DNA of 64,000 bases, taken from NCBI RefSeq assembly GCF_009914755.1, contig NC_060934.1; one strand, 5' to 3'. Below are positions 57,191 to 64,000 of this stretch, one piece after another (within the stretch, counting starts at the first letter, position 1; every line of letters starts with the position of its first letter). The notes under the pieces were generated by a model. That model was not told where the DNA came from. It worked only from the letters and a program-made list of their open reading frames with translations, and ran no database searches. Source of the DNA: the human T2T-CHM13v2.0 reference genome, Homo sapiens. Made by a program: the position numbers and the translations under genes.

Positions 57191-58060
57191 CTTATCCTCT
57201 CCAGACTCTGGGCTGTGTTTCAACTCACTTTAGCAGGCTGCTAACATCAAATGTTTAAATATATTGAGCTACCTCTGAAAGGGGTGTTCCCTGCCAAATA
57301 CTGTCTGTAAGCAGTTTTCAGACTACCCTAAAGTGAAGTAGATTAATACAGGTAAGGATGTGAGAGAGATATAATCAATCTCTATCAACTTCACATATGA
57401 ACCCCTAATAGATGAGAAAACTTGATGTTACTCTGTAGAACATCTGTGCTCTTTGTATATCCTTAAAATGCCCTTTCATTATTAATGCTCTGATGTGCCT
57501 CCACTTGTTTTCCCAATTCCATCAAATAGCTAATCACTATGGTTTTAACTTATTTTAAACAATTTAAAGGCAACGATGTTCTGGAAAAAAAAAAAAAAAA
57601 AACACATAGAGTCAAGTCAATAAAAGCAATAGAACAAAATCACCATTCCCCAAACAATGCTCTAGGGGACTACTTCAGTTTCTATTTTATTGGAAACAAT
57701 GATCAAGTGAAAATCATTCCTTAATACACTGAAAGTCTACCTATGTGTGTGCAATTTCCAATTCTATCTGGCTCTGTTCCTTAAAACATGGGTGCTTATG
57801 AATGAAGACAAAGCCCTCAAGGCTAGTAAAAGGCACAGCAAATAAACTGCTTTTTCTATCATTTCCACCTTTAGGAGAAGACTAAGTCCCATATATAGCA
57901 GGACACAGTCAAATGGGATATTATTTTCTTAAATAAATCATAGTTCTAGTCATTCCTAGATATTTTCAGAAATTAAATGTGTGGTGTGATAAAATAAACA
58001 TATAACTCTATTCTAAATTTCTTTACTTTATTGAGAACTCTTAATGGGTTAGGATCTAAA

Positions 58061-58350
58061 TTTGTTTGCTTGAGACAGGGTCTTGCTCTGTTGCCGAATC
58101 TGGAGTGCAGTGGTGTGATCATGGCTCACTGCAGCCTCGACCACTGGGATCAAGTGATCCTCCCACCTCAGCCTCCTGGGTAACTGGGACTACAGGCTTG
58201 TGCTACCATGCCATGCTAATCTTTTGTATTTGTAGAGACAGAGTTTCGCCATGTTGCCCAGACTGGTCTTGAACTCCTGGGCTCAAGTGATCTGCCCTCC
58301 TCAGCCTCCCAAAGTGCTGCGATTACAGGCATGAGCCACCAGGCCTGCCC
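58061..58350 (-). mobile_element. AluJ
   Basis: GAGACAGGGTCTTGCTCTG...GATCATGGCTCACTGCAGCCTCGACC...CTCCTGGGCTCAAGTGATC. Confidence 0.92.
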
Positions 58351-59599
58351 ATGTATTTTGTATATTATCTAAACAATGGCTCATAGTAGATGGTCAACAC
58401 ATTCTTTTAATGAAGGAATTGAACTTTCTTAGTCTCCATATGCTTTCCTACAGTATTATCTGGTAAAGATGCATTGAACACTTATTTTACGCCAGGCACT
58501 GATATCACATTTATTATTAAGTCCCTTATGTGCTACTCATAAAAGAGTTAATGATACAACTTTAAAAAATACATTTTATTGTGTATATTTAGTGTATATT
58601 TAAGGTATACAACATGATCTTATAATATACACATAATAAATATGTAATATATAATAAAATAGTTACTATAGTAAAACAAATTCACATATACATCATCTCC
58701 CATAATTACCCATTTCCCTATCCCATGGCAAGAGCAGCTGCAATCTATTCATTAATCAAAAATTCTGAATACAATATACTATTACGGGCATACCTTGGAG
58801 ATATTGTGGATTTGGTTCCATACCACCCACAATAAAGCAAATATTGAAATAAAGCTAGTCACACTATTTTTTTTTTTTGGTTTCTCAGTGAATATAAAAG
58901 TTGTTTTCATAATATTGTAATCTATTAAGTGTGCATTAGCATTATGTCTACAAAAACAATATACATATTTTAACTAAAAAATGCTTTATTGTTAATGATC
59001 ATCTGAACTTTCAATGAATTGTAATTTTTCCTTATGGAGAGAGTTGCCTCGATGTTGATAGCTGCTGACTGATCTGGGTGGTGATTGATGAAAGCTGGGG
59101 TGACTGTGGCAATTTCTTAAAATAAGACAATGAAGTTTGCTGCCTCTATTCATTGGTCTTTTCATAAGAGCTTTCTCTGTAGCATGTGATGCTGTTTGTT
59201 GACATTTTATCCACAGTAGGACTTTTTTCAAAATTGGAGTCAATTCTCACAAAACCTGCTGCTACTTTACGAACTAAGTTGTTGTAACATGCTAAATCCT
59301 TTGTTGTCACTTTGACAATGTTTACATAATCTTTACCAGGAGTAGATTCCATCTCAAGAAACCACTTTCTTTGGTCATTCATAAAAAGCAACTCGTCATC
59401 CATTAAAGTTTTATCATGAGATTGCAGCAATTTAGTCAGGTCTTCAGGCTCCACTTCTAATTCTATATCTCTTGCTATTTCCACCACATCTGCAGTTACT
59501 TCCTCCACTGAAGTCTTAAACTCCTCAAAGTCATCCACAAGGATTGGAATTAACTTATTTTAAACTCCTATTAATGTTGATATTTTGACCTCTGTCCAT

Positions 59600-61100
59600 A
59601 AGTCATGAATGTTTTTAATAGCATCTAGAATAATGAGTCCTTTGCAGCAAGTTTTCAAATTATTTTGACAAGATCCATCAGAGGAATCACTACCTATGGC
59701 AGCCACAGCCTTATGAAATGTATTTCTTAAATAAGACTTGAAAGTTGAAACTACTCCTTGATCCCTGGGCTACAGGAGGGATGTTGTGTTAGAAGGCATG
59801 AAAACAACATTAACTTCCTTGTAGATCTCCATTAGAGCTCTTGGGTTACTAGATGTATTGTCAATGAGCAATAATATTTTGAAAGCATCTCTTTTTTTTT
59901 CCCCCCTCCTCTGAGCAGTAGGTCTCAAAAGTATGCTTAAAATATTCACAAAACCATGCTGCAAACAGACGCACTGTCATCCAGGCTATGTTGTCACATT
60001 TATAGAGTACAGGCAGAGTAGATTTAGCATAATTCTTTGGGGCCCTAGGATTTTTGGAGTGGTAAATGAGCACTGGCATCAACTTAAAGTCACCAGCTGC
60101 ATTAGTCCCTACAAAAAGAGTTAGTCTGTCCCTTGAAACTTTGAAGCCGGGCATTGACTTCTCCTCTCTAGCTATGAAAGTCCTAGATGGCATCTTTCTT
60201 CAATATACAGCTATTCAGTCTCCATTGAAAATCTGTTGTTTAGTGTAGCCACCTGAATTGATTACATTAGCTGGATCTTCCGGATAACTTGCTGTAGCTT
60301 TTACTTGAGCATGTGCTTTTTCGCCTTGCATTTTTATGTTGTAGAGATGGTTTCTTTCCTTAGCCATTATGAACCAACCTCTGCTAACTTTACACTTTTC
60401 TTCTGCAGTTTCCTCACCTCTCTCAGTCTTCATAGAACTGAAGAGAGTTAGAGCCTTGCTCTGGATTAGATTCTGGCTTAAAAAAATGTTGTGCCTACCA
60501 GAGAGTGGAGGTTGTAAGAAGGAAGAGGATCAGTAAAAAATAATGGGTACTAGGCTTAATACCTGGGTGATTAAATAATCTGTACAACAAACACCCCCCT
60601 AAGACACGAGTTTACCTATATAACAAATTTGCACATGTACCACTGAACTTAAAAGTTAAAAAAAGAGTTTTTTAAAATCCTGATAAAATAAAGACTTTTC
60701 AAACATACAAAACAAAACATACAAAAACAAAGAAATCATCAACAGCAGACTCTCATGAAAAAAAGATGTTGTGGCTGGTTTGATCTTCTATTCAGACCAC
60801 TAAAACTTTCTCCGTATCAGCAATGAGATTGTTCCACTCTCTTATGTGTGCTCACTAAGGTAGCACTTTTAATTTTCTCTGAGAACTTTTTCTTTGCATT
60901 CACGACTTGGCTAACTGTGTGGTATAAGAGGCCTGAAGTTTTGGTCTGTCTCAAGCTTTCAACGTGCCTTCTTCACTAAGCTTAATCATTTTCTAGTTTT
61001 TGACTTAAACTGAAAGACATGTGATTCTCTCCTTTTACTTGAACACTTAGAGGCCATTGTAATGTTAACGGGCCTAATTTCAATATTGTTTTATCTCAAG
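59600..61100 (-). pseudogene. Disrupted Tigger1 (pogo-like DDE) transposase
   Basis: ORF pieces [26 protein letters not shown]...[17 protein letters not shown]...VVFMPSNTTSLL and SRGWF..., with frameshifts, stops and an L1 insertion. Boundaries approximate. Confidence 0.85.
60494..60759 (+). mobile_element. 5'-truncated L1PA11-13-like 3' end plus extra 3' sequence, inserted in Tigger1
   Basis: AATGGGTACTAGGCTTAATACCTGGGTGA...CTGAACTTAAAAGTTAAA. TSD AAAAA(A/G)ATGTTGTG at 60480-60493 and 60760-60773. Confidence 0.9.
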
Positions 61101-62529
61101 ATATAGGGAAGTCCCAGGAGAGGGAGAGAAATGAGGGAACAGCCAGTTGGTAGAGAAGTCAGAACATACGCAACATTTACCAATTACGTTTGCTGTCATA
61201 TGTGGGCAAGGTATATTGTGCCCCAAAACAATCTGTAACCTCAAAGATCACTGATCACAGATCATCATAACAGATACACAAATAATAAAATGGTTTGAAT
61301 TATTGTGAGAATTACCAAAATGAGACAGAGAGAACACAGTGACCACATGCTGTTGAAAAAATGGTGCCAATAGACTCGCATGATGCAGAGTTGCAACAAA
61401 TTTCCCACTTGCAAAAAAAAAAAGGGAATATCTGTGAAGTGCAGTAAAATGAGTTATGCCTTTATTAACTATAGTCCTCATGCAATATGTTTCTTTCTGC
61501 AGCTGGCTTATTTTACTTAGCATAATGTCTTCCAGGTTCATCCATGTGTGCAAATGGCACGATCTCCTGCTTTTTAAAAGGCTAAATAATATTCCATTGC
61601 ATATATATATATTACATTCTTTATCCATTTTGCCATCAATGGACACTTAGATTGTTTCCCTGCCTTGGCTATTGTGAATTATGCTGCATTAAACATTAGA
61701 GTACATGTATTTTTACAAGGTGATGGTTTTATTTCTTTTGTTATATACTCAAGAGAGGGATTGCGGAGTCACATGGAAATTTAATTGTTAACTTCTTTAG
61801 GAACCTCTATACTATTTTTCACAATGGTTGCACCAAACTACATTCCCACCAACGGTGCACAAATGTTTCCTTTCTTCCTCACCCTTACCAACACTTGCTC
61901 TCTCTTGTCTTTTTTGGTAATAGCCATCATAATGGATATGTGGTGATATTTCACGGTGGTGTTGATGTGCATTTCCCTAATGAGTAGTAATTTTGAGCAT
62001 TTTTAAAATATATACCTATTGGCCATTTTTATGTCTTCTTTAAAGTAATGTTTATTCAGGTCCTTTGCCGATTTTTAAAATTGGGTTATATGTTTTCTTA
62101 CTATTGAGTTGTATGCATTCTTTATAAATTTGTATATTAACACCTCATCAGATGTATAGTTTACAAATATTTTTCCCCAATCTGAAGGTTGTTCTTTTTA
62201 TTTTGTTGAGTGTCTCCTTCGGTGTGAAAAAGCTTTTTAGTTTGATGTTGTCTCATTTTTTTTTTTGACATGCCTTTTAAATGTTCAGTGAGATGTGGGT
62301 GTCTAGAACTAGAAAATTTTCAGAAAGCCTATTTGGGCAGCACAAATAGGTAAGGAAAAAGCGTAGTATGTCTTGGAGATAAAGGAATGTATACAGAGAG
62401 ACTAGGATTGAGTATCCAATGTAAACATCTCAAAACCACATGTTCGGAGTATTCAGGGGCTAAGGAAGTAAGAATACATGGTGGGTAAAAGCACAGGCTA
62501 TAGGATTTAAAGATGGCACAGCCAAAACT

Positions 62530-62700
62530 AAGCAGGCTGTGGTATGTTGGGCAAAGTACAAAATGCCTCTCAGCCACAGTTTCCTTATATGAAAGTGGAG
62601 ATAATAATATCTTTCTCAAAGAGATGCTGGGAAGACTAACCGAGATAATGCATAAAGATGTTAGCACATTTGCTAGCTCACCTTAGCAGCCCCTATTAGT
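62530..62700 (+). mobile_element. MIR
   Basis: GCTGTGGTATGTTGGGCAAAGTAC...CCTCTCAGCCACAGTTTCCTTATATGAAAGTGGAGATAATAAT. Confidence 0.75.
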
Positions 62701-62984
62701 TGAATCATTATAATTTCCAAATTCTGCATAGCAGCTCTGTTCTGTCAAGAACCTGACATTCTTTTTAATGTAAAAGAATGATGATGACATTAATGATTAA
62801 GGTGAAGCAGAATTATAATTCAGAGGCCTTTTTTTTTTTTAAACATTACTGCTGAACACTTTTGTTTACATTTTGGTTCTAAAGCTATGGCACCATATTC
62901 AAAATGTGTCTTCTTTTCTACAGTACCTCCCAAACAAGGAAGGCATCCAGATTAAACCATCCCCAAGTCCATGTGTAGATAAGG

Positions 62985-63200
62985 GAGGTAGTATTGTGTG
63001 TAGCAGAAGATCTGAATTCAGATCTTGGCTCTGTCATTTATTAGTTCCCTGCACTTGGGTTACTCTTCCAAATGCCCTGCACTTCAGCTTCCTCATCTGC
63101 AAATTGTGGATTAAAGCAGCCCTCATTGAGAATTATCATGATGATGAGATAATGTATAAAAATCACATCATGATTCCTGTCTTGTAGGTCTTTAATATAC
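62985..63200 (+). mobile_element. MIR
   Basis: GATCTGAATTCAGATCTTGGCTCTGTCATTTATTAG...CTTCAGCTTCCTCATCTGCAAATTG. Confidence 0.8.
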
Positions 63201-63206
63201 AGACAG

Positions 63207-63570
63207 TGTGACTGCTGCTATAGGGCTGTCACTGATACTCTGGTTCTCTTTCCATCTGGACACACAGAGTACTGTAATTCCCCACCCAGGTGACTCATTA
63301 CAGTGAATGAAATGGAAGCGGAAGTGCCCTGTTATTTCTAGATAGAAGCTTCAAGGGCATGGATGTGCTTAATCCTGCTGTCTTTCATCCTCTGCCACAG
63401 TGACCAGCACATCATTAAAAGAAGACCATGGTTTATCAGCCTCGAATCAGAACAGAATGATGTGGAACAGTGCTCCCAGCTGACTCTCAAGAAGTGGGTC
63501 TTTGTTTTAATCCACTGAGATTTGAGCTTTCTTTGTTACTGCAGCCTAAACCAACTTATTCTTTCTGATA
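63207..63570 (+). mobile_element. MLT1I/J-like (MaLR) LTR
   Basis: AATGAAATGGAAGCGGAAGTG...TTTTAATCCACTGAGATTTG...TGTTACTGCAGCCTAAACC...CTGATA. Confidence 0.7.
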
Positions 63571-63694
63571 TTATTATTATTATTGTTAATAGGAACCTCA
63601 TTGCTTCTGAGTTCTCTCAAAAAAATGAAAATAGAGTTGGTACCTGTTTGATGAGCTAACAGTCTTTTGAGCTGCTAGTTAATAATAATAATAA

Positions 63695-63870
63695 TGGTTA
63701 AGTATCAGCTTTTGAAGACTTATTCTATCATAAAGTCTGCTCTACACAATTTCCTTATGTAATCAGATTTCATCCTCACTATGAGTCTATGATGTAAGTA
63801 CAATTGCCCACTTTGCACAAGAGGATTTTGAGGCTGAAACTGGAGTTGAATCTTGACCCACTCATCTTAA
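63695..63870 (-). mobile_element. MIR
   Basis: TTTCATCCTCACTATGAGTCTATGATGTAAGTAC...GCCCACTTTGCACAAGAGG. Confidence 0.55.
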
Positions 63871-64000
63871 TTGTATTGTCTGGACCAAGTTACTTAAATT
63901 TTTGATCCTATTACACAGCATTTCCTTTCTCTGTCTAAAAGGAAACCTAGCAGTACGGCATAATTTAAATATGAGAAGGTCAAAGAAAATTAAAAACGAC

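Larger units (their letters stand above)
58785..61462 (-). mobile_element. Tigger1 DNA transposon, near full length
   Basis: TIRs CGGGCATACCT.../...GAGTTATGCC with flanking TA (58783-84, 61463-64). About 2.4 kb after removing the nested L1. Confidence 0.95.
58572..62267 (-). mobile_element. L1MA (MA6-8-like) 3' part split by Tigger1
   Basis: TTTAAGGTATACAACATGAT...TACAATATACTAT, then TATTAACTATAGTCCTCATGC, continuous across the Tigger1 TA site. ORF2-derived antisense sequence runs to ~62267. Confidence 0.88.

Noticed and set aside
58992-60433. Domesticated TIGD-like transposase gene
   Set aside because: The frame is broken by frameshifts, stops and an L1 insertion, and the TIRs are still present. 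It is an ordinary decayed Tigger1.

Overview
Primate (very probably human or great-ape) AT-rich, CpG-poor non-coding DNA, either intergenic or deep intronic. I cannot identify the locus. I find no supportable host protein-coding exon, RNA gene or CpG island. Every recognisable ORF in the track comes from a transposable element (L1 ORF1/ORF2, Tigger1 transposase, Alu) or a microsatellite. The window is a layered TE landscape: 12 Alus (J, S and Y types), L1PA and L1M pieces, L2/MIR remnants, MaLR/ERVL solo LTRs (two MST, MLT1, two LTR16, MLT2A1), hAT MITEs and a near-full-length Tigger1. Subfamily names come from recalled consensus motifs and should be confirmed with RepeatMasker/Dfam. I see no evidence of a new gene system. 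The most unusual signals are mutational footprints. (1) A ~750-bp AT-rich insert at 44.0-44.8 kb is stitched from direct and inverted copies of neighbouring DNA, including an 83-bp copy of sequence 476 bp downstream. (2) A TSD-flanked L1PA has both ends intact but an ORF1-to-ORF2 deletion of about 2.8 kb. (3) Two L1 insertions appear to carry 3' transductions. (4) A perfect 27-bp direct repeat lies 2.3 kb apart in unique DNA. (5) Two latent regulatory elements are present: an MLT2A1 LTR and a (GGGA)9(GGAA)15 tract.
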